Below are positions 45,673-53,737 of a stretch of DNA of 64,000 nt, in pieces. Where the stretch lies: the IMG/VR virus record IMGVR_UViG_3300045988_105383; one strand, written 5' to 3'. Both the position numbers and the translations under genes were made by a program. The notes beneath the pieces are model-generated. The model ran no database searches, was not told the DNA's origin, and saw only the letters and a list, made by a program, of their open reading frames with translations. Every line of letters starts with the position of its first letter. The stretch's first letter is position 1. The stretch comes from a virus.

Positions 45673-45833
45673 AACGAAATCAGCACCGCCGAACCTTTGA
45701 ATTTTTCAGCACAGAACAGCAAGCCGCCGCATTTGTGGCGGCTCGCAAAAAGCAGCGCCGCAAGGCGTACCTGACCCCGTGGACATCAGCAGACGGAACA
45801 GAACACAAGTTTATCGTCTGGTATTACATCTGA
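45669..45833 (+). CDS. Small hypothetical protein (54 aa)
   Basis: Own translation MKRNQHRRTFEFFSTEQQAAAFVAARKKQRRKAYLTPWTSADGTEHKFIVWYYI; ATGA overlap with the upstream ORF. Confidence 0.45.
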   Translation: MKRNQHRRTFEFFSTEQQAAAFVAARKKQRRKAYLTPWTSADGTEHKFIVWYYI

Positions 45834-45849
45834 ACAGGAGGAACAGAAA

Positions 45850-46116
45850 ATGACCGTATATATTGCGCTTCACACTTGGGATACCCCGGATAACGAGGGC
45901 AGCGAAATTCTTGGCGTTTACTCAAACTTTGAGAAAGCCCGTGAACAGATCGAGGCCGGAGCCGCCGCCATCCGCGAAGAGTACGACGATGACCTGTGGG
46001 AGGATGACATGACATGGGACGAACCCACAGAAATCCACCTCGGAAGAACCACGGATTTCATGGGAGACTATGCCACGATCTACAGCTGGGAGATCATCCC
46101 GCGCGAAATCGAATAA
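45850..46116 (+). CDS. Small acidic hypothetical protein
   Basis: 88 aa, AGGAGG RBS. Confidence 0.5.
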   Translation: MTVYIALHTWDTPDNEGSEILGVYSNFEKAREQIEAGAAAIREEYDDDLWEDDMTWDEPTEIHLGRTTDFMGDYATIYSWEIIPREIE

Positions 46117-46131
46117 AAAGCACCGGGAAAC

Positions 46132-46155
46132 GGGACAAATCCCGTTTCCCGGTAG
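46132..46155 (+). promoter_or_regulatory. Element-2 motif copy 8
   Basis: GGGACAAA-N11-GGTAG inside hairpin CCGGGAAACGGGA/TCCCGTTTCCCGG; 42 nt to ATG 46198. Confidence 0.6.
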
Positions 46156-46197
46156 ATACATGGGTGCAATAAAGCCATCAGGCAGGAGGTATTTAAA

Positions 46198-46860
46198 ATG
46201 ACGCAGCTCGAAATCTACCAGAAAATCGCCGATGCCGTGAACGCAGCAGCCGGTTCCAAGAATCCAAAAATGACCATCGTAACCGAAAGTGAGTTCGGCG
46301 GTGTGTACTTTTTGCACATCAATGCACATTCCGCAGATATCAAGCCTTATGCGCAGTACAAAGACGCGCTGACGATCTACTTCAAAAAGCGCGGTGGCCG
46401 CTCAGTCTATGGAATGCGCTTCTATGGTACAAAGCCCGTGGCAATCTTCTCCGGGTGGCAAGAGACAACATGGGCGCAGCCCAGAAGCTTCCTTTGCTTT
46501 GACAAGAATATGTTCTACGGTCTGGTTGATAGCTTCCCGAAGGAACAGAAGATTTCCGAAGAATCCGAGCGCGTTCACCTGTCCGAGATTCAGCAGAAGG
46601 GTAAGGTCTACAAGGTTGTCAGCATGAACACGGACGACCCGCGGCCGCGCATGATCGTCGAAACATTTGAAACCGTCGAGCATCTGAAAAAAGCATTCGA
46701 GACCACCGGAGAATTCCACAGCGTATCCTGCCGGGCCGAGCTGCAAGGCGCGCCGAAGATTAAAAACTTCTGCGGGCCGATGTACGACGGCGAGGACAGC
46801 CAGGGGCGCGCGGTCATCCGCTACGAAACGCAGGAGGTCTACGACATTCTCAGCGCCTGA
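46198..46860 (+). CDS. Hypothetical protein
   Basis: 220 aa, AGGAGG RBS. Confidence 0.5.
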   Translation: MTQLEIYQKIADAVNAAAGSKNPKMTIVTESEFGGVYFLHINAHSADIKPYAQYKDALTIYFKKRGGRSVYGMRFYGTKPVAIFSGWQETTWAQPRSFLCFDKNMFYGLVDSFPKEQKISEESERVHLSEIQQKGKVYKVVSMNTDDPRPRMIVETFETVEHLKKAFETTGEFHSVSCRAELQGAPKIKNFCGPMYDGEDSQGRAVIRYETQEVYDILSA

Positions 46861-46873
46861 TTTTAAAAATGGC

Positions 46874-46898
46874 GGGACAATCCCGCCTTTTCCCGTAG
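46874..46898 (+). promoter_or_regulatory. Element-2 motif copy 9
   Basis: GGGACAAT-N12-CGTAG; hairpin GGCGGGA/TCCCGCC followed by TTTT; 34 nt to ATG 46933. Confidence 0.55.
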
Positions 46899-46932
46899 AT
46901 ATAAAACCAGAACAGAAACCGGAGGTGCAACC

Positions 46933-47139
46933 ATGAAATACAGCAAAAAAACGGAACGTAAGCTTCTGGAAATTGCCATGCAGCATATGCCGCCCGTTGC
47001 AGATCGTGGAGACTTGAAAACGCGCAACTCAGACAGCGAGGACTTTCTCAATGTTGCTGTTTGGGGACTTCGGGACGCCCTGATGGAAGCATACGAACTC
47101 GGCAAGGATGAGAAGGGAGAAAACCGCCATGAAAGATGA
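46933..47139 (+). CDS. Small hypothetical protein
   Basis: 68 aa, GGAGGT RBS. Confidence 0.5.
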   Translation: MKYSKKTERKLLEIAMQHMPPVADRGDLKTRNSDSEDFLNVAVWGLRDALMEAYELGKDEKGENRHER

Positions 47140-47338
47140 CTACAGACTCGGCTTTGGGTATCTCGGAAATGGGCTGACGGTATGGAACAGGGCGAAAGAG
47201 GTAAATCACGACTATCAGACGGTCGCCCACATATCCTCTAGCGGAGAAATCACCTACTACAAACAGGATCTTCCGCAGTGTGTCCGGGCGCACATAGAAC
47301 AAGTTGCACAAGAAGAACGTGACCATAGAAGACTTTGA
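47129..47338 (+). CDS. Small hypothetical protein
   Basis: Start MKDDYRLGFGYLGNG inside track ORF 47108..47338; GGGAGA RBS. Confidence 0.45.
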   Translation: MKDDYRLGFGYLGNGLTVWNRAKEVNHDYQTVAHISSSGEITYYKQDLPQCVRAHIEQVAQEERDHRRL

Positions 47339-47372
47339 ATCGCACGATTTTAGATAAGAAGGGAGAAAAACC

Positions 47373-48596
47373 ATGTATTACATCATCAACCGAGAAACCG
47401 AGAAGCTGGAGCTTCATTTTGATAAATCCGAATACCAGGCGCTTTCTGACGATCAACAATCCACCATCAAAAGCAACTTCCTCTTTTCAAGATACGGCGG
47501 CTGTTGGGTCAGCCGCGCAAAAATCCCGAACCTCTGGCGCGCAGAACAGGTTGCAAAGAGCCTTGGCGCGGAGAATCAGGGAAAGACGGGTGAGCTTCTT
47601 TCCTTCGAGGAAAAAATGGAGCGCAAAGCAGCCCGCGCGGAAGAACGAGCCGAGCGCATGGACGCGCGCGCCGATGCAGCAGAGCAGCGCGGCGAACAGC
47701 TGCAAAAGCCCATCAACGCCAGGCGCGGCGATATTGCGTTCTTCACCCAGCCGAACATCAACACATCCTCCGGGCGCGCCTTCACGCGCCAGCGCGAAAA
47801 AATGTTCGCCGCCTTTGAGCGCGGCATGGACGAGTTCAAAAAATCGGAATACTACGCCGAACGTGCCGAAGCCGCACGCAGAACAGCAAATCTGGAAAAT
47901 TCCAAGGATAAGGCATTCTGCGACCGCCGCGTGAAGGATGCCGAGAAAAACATCCGGGCTATCCAAAAGAACCTCGAAGGCTACCGCGCGCGGCTCGAAC
48001 GCATCCGGAACGGCGAACAGCAGACCAGATTCAACGGAACAGTCATTGAACAGTCCGAAATCGAGCGCTGGATCGAGGACGCAGAAGAACGCCTGGAATC
48101 CGAAATCTCCCGCCTGTGCTATTATCAGTCCTGCATCGACGAGCTGGGCGGCGTACAGTACAGCCGTGAGAACATCAAGCCCGGCTACAAGGTAAAACTC
48201 AAGCGCTATGGCGTTTGCGAAGTTCTCAGCACCGGGCCGAAGAACATCGTATACGAGATTCTTTCCGGCGGAGCGGAGGGATTTACCGGACGCGCAGCCT
48301 ATGCCGAAATTCTGGAAGTGACCAGCTCCGAGGAAAAAGCGAAACCAACTCACCCCTTCAAAGTCGGCGATACCATCGTCGTAGAAGCAATTCGAGATAA
48401 CGGATTTGTGCGGGAGACCCTTGAAGTTATTAAAACGACCAAATTAACCGTATCCATGAAGAATCGGGCAACCGGGGCGATCATCTGCAAAACGCCGAAA
48501 ATCCGCTGGACCAGAGACGGAAACAAATGGGTGCTGTTCTTCACGAATACCGATGGCCTGCTCACCCAGTATATCTATCGCAACCCGGAAGCGTAA
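47373..48596 (+). CDS. DUF3560-like protein
   Basis: ...LSFEEKMERKAARAEERAERMDARADAAEQRGEQLQKPINARRGDIAFFTQPNINTSSGRAFTRQREKM... matches my recollection of DUF3560 architecture. Confidence 0.5.
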   Translation: MYYIINRETEKLELHFDKSEYQALSDDQQSTIKSNFLFSRYGGCWVSRAKIPNLWRAEQVAKSLGAENQGKTGELLSFEEKMERKAARAEERAERMDARADAAEQRGEQLQKPINARRGDIAFFTQPNINTSSGRAFTRQREKMFAAFERGMDEFKKSEYYAERAEAARRTANLENSKDKAFCDRRVKDAEKNIRAIQKNLEGYRARLERIRNGEQQTRFNGTVIEQSEIERWIEDAEERLESEISRLCYYQSCIDELGGVQYSRENIKPGYKVKLKRYGVCEVLSTGPKNIVYEILSGGAEGFTGRAAYAEILEVTSSEEKAKPTHPFKVGDTIVVEAIRDNGFVRETLEVIKTTKLTVSMKNRATGAIICKTPKIRWTRDGNKWVLFFTNTDGLLTQYIYRNPEA

Positions 48597-48613
48597 AAAA
48601 ACTTACCGGCAGT

Positions 48614-48638
48614 GGGACAAACCGTCTCCTGCCGGTAG
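48614..48638 (+). promoter_or_regulatory. Element-2 motif copy 10
   Basis: GGGACAAA-N12-GGTAG; stem CCGGCAG/CTGCCGG; 34 nt to ATG 48673. Confidence 0.6.
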
Positions 48639-48672
48639 CATTATATGTGAAATCAAAAAGGAGGCCGAAACA

Positions 48673-48987
48673 ATGACCAGAATCTACGAAGAAACCAGAT
48701 ACGACAAAGAAGCCGACGCGCTCGTCCACGTCGCCAACTGGAGTTTTACAGTCTATCCCGGCAGCAGTGAACAGTTCACCGTCTGCAAAAACGGCGTGGC
48801 AAAAACCGTCCGCGTCGAAGACTGCGGCAGCGAGTTCGTCTACAAGCTGCTGAAAACCAAGGTCAAGGCCGCTGGCGGCGCGCACGGGCTCTTTGAATGG
48901 CTCGACATGTGCCTTTCCGAAAAATTTGAAGAGTGCCACGCCTGGAAGGTCCTGCGCTGGTGCTTCGACACCTGCCGCCCGCTCTGA
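48673..48987 (+). CDS. Hypothetical protein
   Basis: Start MTRIYEETRYDKE inside track ORF 48553..48987; AGGAGG RBS. Confidence 0.5.
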   Translation: MTRIYEETRYDKEADALVHVANWSFTVYPGSSEQFTVCKNGVAKTVRVEDCGSEFVYKLLKTKVKAAGGAHGLFEWLDMCLSEKFEECHAWKVLRWCFDTCRPL

Positions 48988-49003
48988 GAAAGGAGAACAC
49001 AAC

Positions 49004-49195
49004 GTGAAGATTCGGGCAAACATCAACGGTAAAGTCTTTCAGCGAACCGTCCATAAAACGACTGTTGAATTTTCCGACGGAAGCCGCGAACGCTTCAACT
49101 GCGTATCGATCTCCGGCAGGGAATACGTCGTTCAGACCTGCAACGGAATCCCGGTCAGCGTCTATCCGCTGATTTCTTATCTTCTCATCCCGTAA
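49004..49195 (+). CDS. Small hypothetical protein (GTG start)
   Basis: AAGGAG RBS then GTG; VKIRANINGKVFQRTV... Confidence 0.4.
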   Translation: MKIRANINGKVFQRTVHKTTVEFSDGSRERFNCVSISGREYVVQTCNGIPVSVYPLISYLLIP

Positions 49196-49278
49196 AATTT
49201 CCGGAAACCGCTGGAAAATCCGGAAGAGCCGTGATAAACTATGGATACCAGCATAAAGTAAAAAAGGAGAACAGAATC

Positions 49279-49506
49279 ATGTTTTACGATCATAACGAAT
49301 ATACCATCATCGGCGGCCAGTTCATCGTGAACAAAACCAACAAACCCATGGAGCCCGGCGACATGGCTGCCATCCATGTCTACTCCGCCCCGGATGATAT
49401 CTCTGGCGTTGAAACCTACGGCAAGGAGCTCGTCGCCCAGAACAGAGAGATCGTCGAAAAAGACGGCAAAAAGCAGCTCTGCAAAGTCGCCATCGTCCGT
49501 ATCTAA
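49279..49506 (+). CDS. Small hypothetical protein
   Basis: Start MFYDHNEYTIIGG inside track ORF 49231..49506; AAGGAG RBS. Confidence 0.5.
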   Translation: MFYDHNEYTIIGGQFIVNKTNKPMEPGDMAAIHVYSAPDDISGVETYGKELVAQNREIVEKDGKKQLCKVAIVRI

Positions 49507-49510
49507 ACCA

Positions 49511-49544
49511 GAAACAGCCGCCCGATTGGGCGGCTGTTTCTTTT
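49511..49544. terminator. Strong (bidirectional) intrinsic terminator
   Basis: GAAACAGCCGCCC-gatt-GGGCGGCTGTTTC-TTTT. Confidence 0.8.
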
Positions 49545-49729
49545 CAAAAAACTACAATCAGAATTCCTGCGAAAGCCACAGCTATTCCAATACATAGAAT
49601 TACCGATGTCAGGCATCCGTTCGGCTCCCCCTTCGGGTGTGACTGCCGCCAATAGGAATTGAACGCCTGCCGCGCCCTGTTCCTGCAATACCTTCCTCCA
49701 AATCCTCCCCAAGTTCCTCTCCGTCCCAT
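49544..49729 (-). CDS. Small basic protein with C-terminal transmembrane tail (61 aa)
   Basis: MGRRGTWGGFGGRYCRNRARQ...CLTSVILCIGIAVAFAGILIVVF; TAGGAGGT RBS; only minus-strand gene in this arm. Confidence 0.5.
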   Translation of the reverse strand: MGRRGTWGGFGGRYCRNRARQAFNSYWRQSHPKGEPNGCLTSVILCIGIAVAFAGILIVVF

Positions 49730-49764
49730 AATTTTACCTCCTATAATTTCTCCATAAAACAATA

Positions 49765-49793
49765 TTGACTTTTTGATAATCATAATATATAAT
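49765..49793 (+). promoter_or_regulatory. Consensus-like sigma-70 promoter
   Basis: TTGACT-N17-TATAAT. Confidence 0.7.
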
Positions 49794-49812
49794 GGTAATC
49801 AGAAAGTGAGGT

Positions 49813-49998
49813 GTGAACGTGACAAAACCGATGGGCCGTCCCAAAATTGAGAACCCGAAAGAAACGCAGCTTGGCGTTAGACTGAATACGGACGAATTAC
49901 GAAAACTGGACGAAAACGCCCAGCATTATAATGAAACCAGAACGCAGTCACTCCGACGTGGTATCGAAGTTTTGAACCAGGCCATAAAGTCAGAATAA
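49813..49998 (+). CDS. Ribbon-helix-helix (CopG-type) protein
   Basis: ...GRPKIENPKETQLGVRLNTDELRKLDENAQHYNETRTQSLRRGIEVL; the start may be GTG 49813/49819 or ATG 49831. Confidence 0.6.
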   Translation: MNVTKPMGRPKIENPKETQLGVRLNTDELRKLDENAQHYNETRTQSLRRGIEVLNQAIKSE

Positions 49999-50235
49999 TA
50001 TAAAACGCCCCCTCTTTGCGGTTAGTTTGGCGACCGAGCGCAAAGAAGGAGCCTCCCTTGAGGGAATACCTCGCGGTAAATTTATTATACCGTGCAGTAT
50101 ACCCTCTGTCAAATGCAAATTTGAACGGAGGGGATTTTTATACCCATTTTCAGGTGTAACAAAAAACATTTTGGTTGCGTGCTACGCTTGAAATGAAGGG
50201 GCATCCCCCATCAACTGATTTACGAGGAGAATTTT

Positions 50236-51033
50236 ATGGATTTACAAATGTTCAATAATCCGAGATTTGGTGAAGTTCGCACAATCGAAGAAGGCGGAAA
50301 GGTTTTGTTCTGTGGTAACGATATTGCAAAGGCACTCGGATATAAAAGCCCAAAGGATGCGATTGCCGCACATTGCAAGGGGGCGGTAAAACGCCGCCTA
50401 GGGGTGCAGACTGGTACAAAAGCAGATGGAACTCCTGCTATGCAGGAAGTAGAAATGACTTTCATTCCAGAGGGTGACATTTACCGCCTTGCCGCTCGCT
50501 CCAAGCTACCGGGTGCAGACGAGTTCGAGAGATGGATTTTCGATGAAGTACTTCCCAGCATCCGGCGTAACGGCGCGTACATGACACCAGAAGTCATCGA
50601 GCGTACTCTGACAGACCCGGATTACATCATCCAGCTTGCAACTACGCTCAAAATGGAGCAGCAAAAGCGCAGAGCGCTGGAAGAAAAGGTCAAGGCCGAC
50701 GCGCCTGCGGTATTCTTCGCCGAAGCCGTCACCGGTGCGGACACAAACATCCTCATTCGGGACATGGCGAAGCTGCTTGCGCAAAACGGCACAGACATCG
50801 GCGGAAATCGACTCTATGAAGTTTTGCGTCGGGACGGATATCTCATCAAATCGGGCAGCGATTACAACATGCCGACGCAGAAATCCATGGAACTTGGCTT
50901 GTTTTTCGTGCGTGAAACGCCGCGCATTTCAAAAGATGGTGCTGTGATTGACCGCACCACAAAGGTTACGCTAAAAGGGCAGAAATATTTCATCAACAAG
51001 TATGCGACCCAAAAAGCGCTCGCCAAAATGTAA
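50236..51033 (+). CDS. Phage antirepressor (Bro-N plus KilAC/ANT C-terminal domain)
   Basis: ...FGEVRTIEEGGKVLFCGNDIAKALGY... and ...ILIRDMAKLLAQNGTDIGGNRLYEVLRRDGYLIK. Confidence 0.8.
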   Translation: MDLQMFNNPRFGEVRTIEEGGKVLFCGNDIAKALGYKSPKDAIAAHCKGAVKRRLGVQTGTKADGTPAMQEVEMTFIPEGDIYRLAARSKLPGADEFERWIFDEVLPSIRRNGAYMTPEVIERTLTDPDYIIQLATTLKMEQQKRRALEEKVKADAPAVFFAEAVTGADTNILIRDMAKLLAQNGTDIGGNRLYEVLRRDGYLIKSGSDYNMPTQKSMELGLFFVRETPRISKDGAVIDRTTKVTLKGQKYFINKYATQKALAKM

Positions 51034-51048
51034 CAGGAGGATTTTGAT

Positions 51049-51252
51049 ATGACCATTCAGGAACTTGTGAACGTTATGGAAAAGCATGTCAAAAGATTCT
51101 CCGTCTTCTACGACGAGGACGCGCTTGAGCTTGACACCTCCAATCCTATTGTGATGGCCGGTATCGGGCGGCTGACGGTCGATTCGGTCGACCCCATCCC
51201 CGTAGACGATGGCGTGACCGTCTATATCCATCCTGCCGTCAAAATTCTGTGA
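51049..51252 (+). CDS. Small hypothetical protein (tandem paralog 1)
   Basis: MTIQELVNVMEKH...NPIVMAGIGRLTV aligns with the next ORF. Confidence 0.5.
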   Translation: MTIQELVNVMEKHVKRFSVFYDEDALELDTSNPIVMAGIGRLTVDSVDPIPVDDGVTVYIHPAVKIL

Positions 51253-51285
51253 CCAGAAACCAAAATCCAAAGGAGAGTTCTCATA

Positions 51286-51492
51286 ATGACCATTAAAGAA
51301 GTTTATGACCACATGGAGAATGTCGATGACTGGTGCGTCAGCGTTGACGGCGTTTCATCCCCAATCGTGTTAGAGAATCCGGCGATCATGTCCGGAGTTG
51401 CGAAGTTTCATGTCCAGAAAGTCTATCTGCTTGCCGAGGCAGATAAAATTACTGCCGAACTGGCTCTCGCTACGACAATCGAATCCGATTAA
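51286..51492 (+). CDS. Small hypothetical protein (tandem paralog 2)
   Basis: MTIKEVYDHMENV...NPAIMSGVAKFHV. Confidence 0.5.
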   Translation: MTIKEVYDHMENVDDWCVSVDGVSSPIVLENPAIMSGVAKFHVQKVYLLAEADKITAELALATTIESD

Positions 51493-51512
51493 AAGAATTT
51501 TTGAAAACTGGC

Positions 51513-51537
51513 GGGACAAATTCAGTCCTGCCAGTAT
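51513..51537 (+). promoter_or_regulatory. Element-2 motif copy 11 (variant)
   Basis: GGGACAAA-N12-AGTAT; stem CTGGCGGGAC/GTCCTGCCAG; 86 nt to ATG 51624. Confidence 0.5.
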
Positions 51538-51544
51538 CTATAAG

Positions 51545-51591
51545 GATGTAACATAATTCATTTTTTCGCCGTGATACGATAAAATCAGAGG
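51545..51591 (+). repeat. 46-bp direct repeat, copy A (GATGTAACATAATTCATTTT...TGATACGATAAAAT)
   Basis: First 20 nt identical to 54472..54491, then TGATA(C/T)GAT(A/G)AAAAT conserved. Confidence 0.7.
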
Positions 51592-51623
51592 CCACAAAAC
51601 GTCAAAAAGAAAGGAAAAGAACC

Positions 51624-51977
51624 ATGGACGAACTTGACCGCAAAATCTACACACTCCTCAAGCGCATCGGCGTTCCTGCCGACATCGACGGATACGACTA
51701 TATTTTCCACGCCATCCGTCTTCTTGTCGACAACGGATACCGGAGCATTCCTATCACGAAACCCGGCGGGCTTTACGACCAGATCGCAGCACGCTACAAG
51801 ACCATGCCGCTGCGCGTCGAACGCAGCATCCGCCATGCGGTAGAGCTGACATTCGACCGCATCCCGTACACCGTCAGCGAGCAGGTCTTCGGCGCAACGA
51901 TCGACCCGATGAAGGGGAAACTCACCAACAGCGATTTCATCCGGCAGCTCGCACTGGAGATTCGCTACAGCAACTAG
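51624..51977 (+). CDS. Orphan Spo0A C-terminal (DNA-binding) domain protein
   Basis: IGVPADIDGYDYIFHAI / ...RYKTMPLRVERSIRHAVELTF / KLTNSDFIRQLALEIR align with B. subtilis Spo0A IGVPAHIKGYLYLREAI / [21 protein letters not shown] / KPTNSEFIAMVADKLR; no receiver domain. Confidence 0.85.
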   Translation: MDELDRKIYTLLKRIGVPADIDGYDYIFHAIRLLVDNGYRSIPITKPGGLYDQIAARYKTMPLRVERSIRHAVELTFDRIPYTVSEQVFGATIDPMKGKLTNSDFIRQLALEIRYSN

Positions 51978-51995
51978 AAAAAAATCTCAAAGGCC

Positions 51996-52019
51996 GGGAC
52001 AAATTCAGATTTCCGGTAG
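51996..52019 (+). promoter_or_regulatory. Element-2 motif copy 12
   Basis: GGGACAAA-N11-GGTAG; 35 nt to ATG 52055. Confidence 0.6.
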
Positions 52020-52054
52020 CATTCAAAACACACAACATTTTAGGAGGTAGCACC

Positions 52055-52288
52055 ATGCGTCATTCCCGCACAAATCTCACCCTTCTCCCGGCCTGTCTGC
52101 CGGAGAACGTCTTCGAGCCCATCGTTGACCGCCATCACGCAGAAGTCCGTCTCCGTTCCGCCCAGCGGGCGGAGGCGGAGCGGATTCACCGTCTTCGCTG
52201 CCGTGTCCGCCTGATTTTGGCCGTCGGCGTAGTCCTCTCTGCGGTCCTCGGTGTTCTGGTCGGCTCCGGAATTCTGCCGCTGGCGTGA
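52055..52288 (+). CDS. Small protein with C-terminal transmembrane helix
   Basis: 77 aa, AGGAGG RBS; ...LILAVGVVLSAVLGVLVGSGILPLA. Confidence 0.5.
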   Translation: MRHSRTNLTLLPACLPENVFEPIVDRHHAEVRLRSAQRAEAERIHRLRCRVRLILAVGVVLSAVLGVLVGSGILPLA

Positions 52289-52302
52289 AAGGAGGCCAGA
52301 TC

Positions 52303-52548
52303 ATGAAATATTCCACGCTTTCCTATCTGGTCGCACTCATGAACAAGGACATCGAAACGCGCCGCGGGGCGCTGGAGCTTGCGAGAAAGACCTACAACAT
52401 GAAGGTCGACGAGGCAGACGGAATGTCCAACCGCAAGGAAGCGAAAGAGCACATCTCCTACGCGAAAGAAATCTATGACCGGGCACGGGAAAATCTGCTC
52501 TGCGCCGAACAGGCCCTCGCGGATTTCACCGAGCACGATTTCCGCTGA
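52303..52548 (+). CDS. Small hypothetical protein
   Basis: Start MKYSTLSYLVALMNKD (AGGAGG RBS) inside track ORF 52285..52548. Confidence 0.5.
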   Translation: MKYSTLSYLVALMNKDIETRRGALELARKTYNMKVDEADGMSNRKEAKEHISYAKEIYDRARENLLCAEQALADFTEHDFR

Positions 52549-52566
52549 AAATTTTTCCGCACCGGC

Positions 52567-52591
52567 GGGACAAATCCCATTCCGCCGGTAG
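52567..52591 (+). promoter_or_regulatory. Element-2 motif copy 13
   Basis: GGGACAAA-N12-GGTAG; stem CCGGCGG/CCGCCGG; 42 nt to ATG 52634. Confidence 0.6.
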
Positions 52592-52633
52592 CAATACATG
52601 CGAAATCAAACTCACCCACAGGAGGTACATAAT

Positions 52634-53221
52634 ATGGGCCAGCGTTCACAAATTTACGTCCGCTTCGACGGGCAGCTCATCGTCGCAAACTATTACCAGT
52701 GGAACTACTCCGAGCGAATGATCTCGCGCGCCAGATATGGCATTGACTTTATCGCATCCAACCTCGATTATAAATGGTTTTTCCTTCGGGATGTCAATAT
52801 CGAGCACCTGCGCCGCATCTTCGATGTGAATTTTGATATGAAGGATTATCAGATTTCCCAAAGGCTCATCGACGAGTGGAAAGAGCAGTTTTCCTCTGAT
52901 CCATTTAACGATGTGGTATTCAACTGGCAGGGCAACAATAACGGTCAGCTTTTCATCAACATTTCAAAAGAAGGAAAAATTTCCTACGCTTTCAGAAAAA
53001 TTGAAGACAAATCCGGGCAGGAGCCGATGTCTGCCTCCGAATACATGAATTGGGACCGACCCAACTGGCAGGAAAGCGAAACCCTCACAAAAGCTGAAAA
53101 ACAGACCTGCTTCCGCAATATCAAGTACATCGAAAAGACGGCCCGTCTCATGACGCCGGACGAACTGAATGAATTTCTTACACACGACTATGGTTATGAA
53201 TCTTTGAAGGAGGCCGATTGA
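52634..53221 (+). CDS. Hypothetical protein
   Basis: Start MGQRSQIYVRFDG (GGAGGT RBS) inside track ORF 52598..53221. Confidence 0.5.
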   Translation: MGQRSQIYVRFDGQLIVANYYQWNYSERMISRARYGIDFIASNLDYKWFFLRDVNIEHLRRIFDVNFDMKDYQISQRLIDEWKEQFSSDPFNDVVFNWQGNNNGQLFINISKEGKISYAFRKIEDKSGQEPMSASEYMNWDRPNWQESETLTKAEKQTCFRNIKYIEKTARLMTPDELNEFLTHDYGYESLKEAD

Positions 53222-53374
53222 GTGGAAACTGCAACTGTCAATCTTGGAGACTACGGCGAGCTTTTCTGTGAAAGCTGCGGTGCGCCGCTCGAATGTGACC
53301 AAAACGGAGATTTACCGGAACTGTGCCCTGTCTGTGGAACCAAACTCAACTATTTGAAAACATTGGAGGAATAA
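53222..53374 (+). CDS. Small zinc-ribbon protein (50 aa, GTG start)
   Basis: Own translation VETATVNLGDYGELFCESCGAPLECDQNGDLPELCPVCGTKLNYLKTLEE; AGGAGG 8 nt upstream. Confidence 0.4.
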   Translation: METATVNLGDYGELFCESCGAPLECDQNGDLPELCPVCGTKLNYLKTLEE

Positions 53375-53376
53375 AT

Positions 53377-53658
53377 ATGTCTGGCTTTTCTCATTTTCGG
53401 GGGCTCATTGTAAACCTTCCAAATTTCAATGTGGATCATTGGCTATTCTCGCAACACCGGAATGGATACAGCGCAGCCTATCGTCCTCACTATCCAGAGA
53501 AAACCGCAGCAGACTTTATGATCTATTACGAATCTCCCACTGGCGAAACGCGGACCGGAACATGGACAATTTCCGCGGATACGGATTGCGTTCCAATCGT
53601 GAAGAAATTCAAATCTTTTTTCGATTTGCGCAAATCCATCTCAAGCATAGACACATAA
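53377..53658 (+). CDS. Hypothetical protein
   Basis: Start MSGFSHFRG (GGAGGA RBS) inside track ORF 53323..53658. Confidence 0.5.
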   Translation: MSGFSHFRGLIVNLPNFNVDHWLFSQHRNGYSAAYRPHYPEKTAADFMIYYESPTGETRTGTWTISADTDCVPIVKKFKSFFDLRKSISSIDT

Positions 53659-53672
53659 ATTCCAAAAATGCC

Positions 53673-53696
53673 GTGACAAATTCAGTTTTTCGGTAG
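53673..53696 (+). promoter_or_regulatory. Element-2 motif copy 14 (variant)
   Basis: GTGACAAA-N11-GGTAG; 41 nt to ATG 53738. Confidence 0.55.
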
Positions 53697-53737
53697 AACT
53701 AACTATACAACCACCCCCAACGAAAGGAGCCATCCCC

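Noticed and set aside
45501-45842. TGAACAGGAGG at 45501 and 45831 as further copies of the CTGAACAG iteron
   Set aside because: Here the string is simply a stop codon (TGA) followed by an AGGAGG RBS of a translationally coupled downstream ORF. It is isolated and not in an array.
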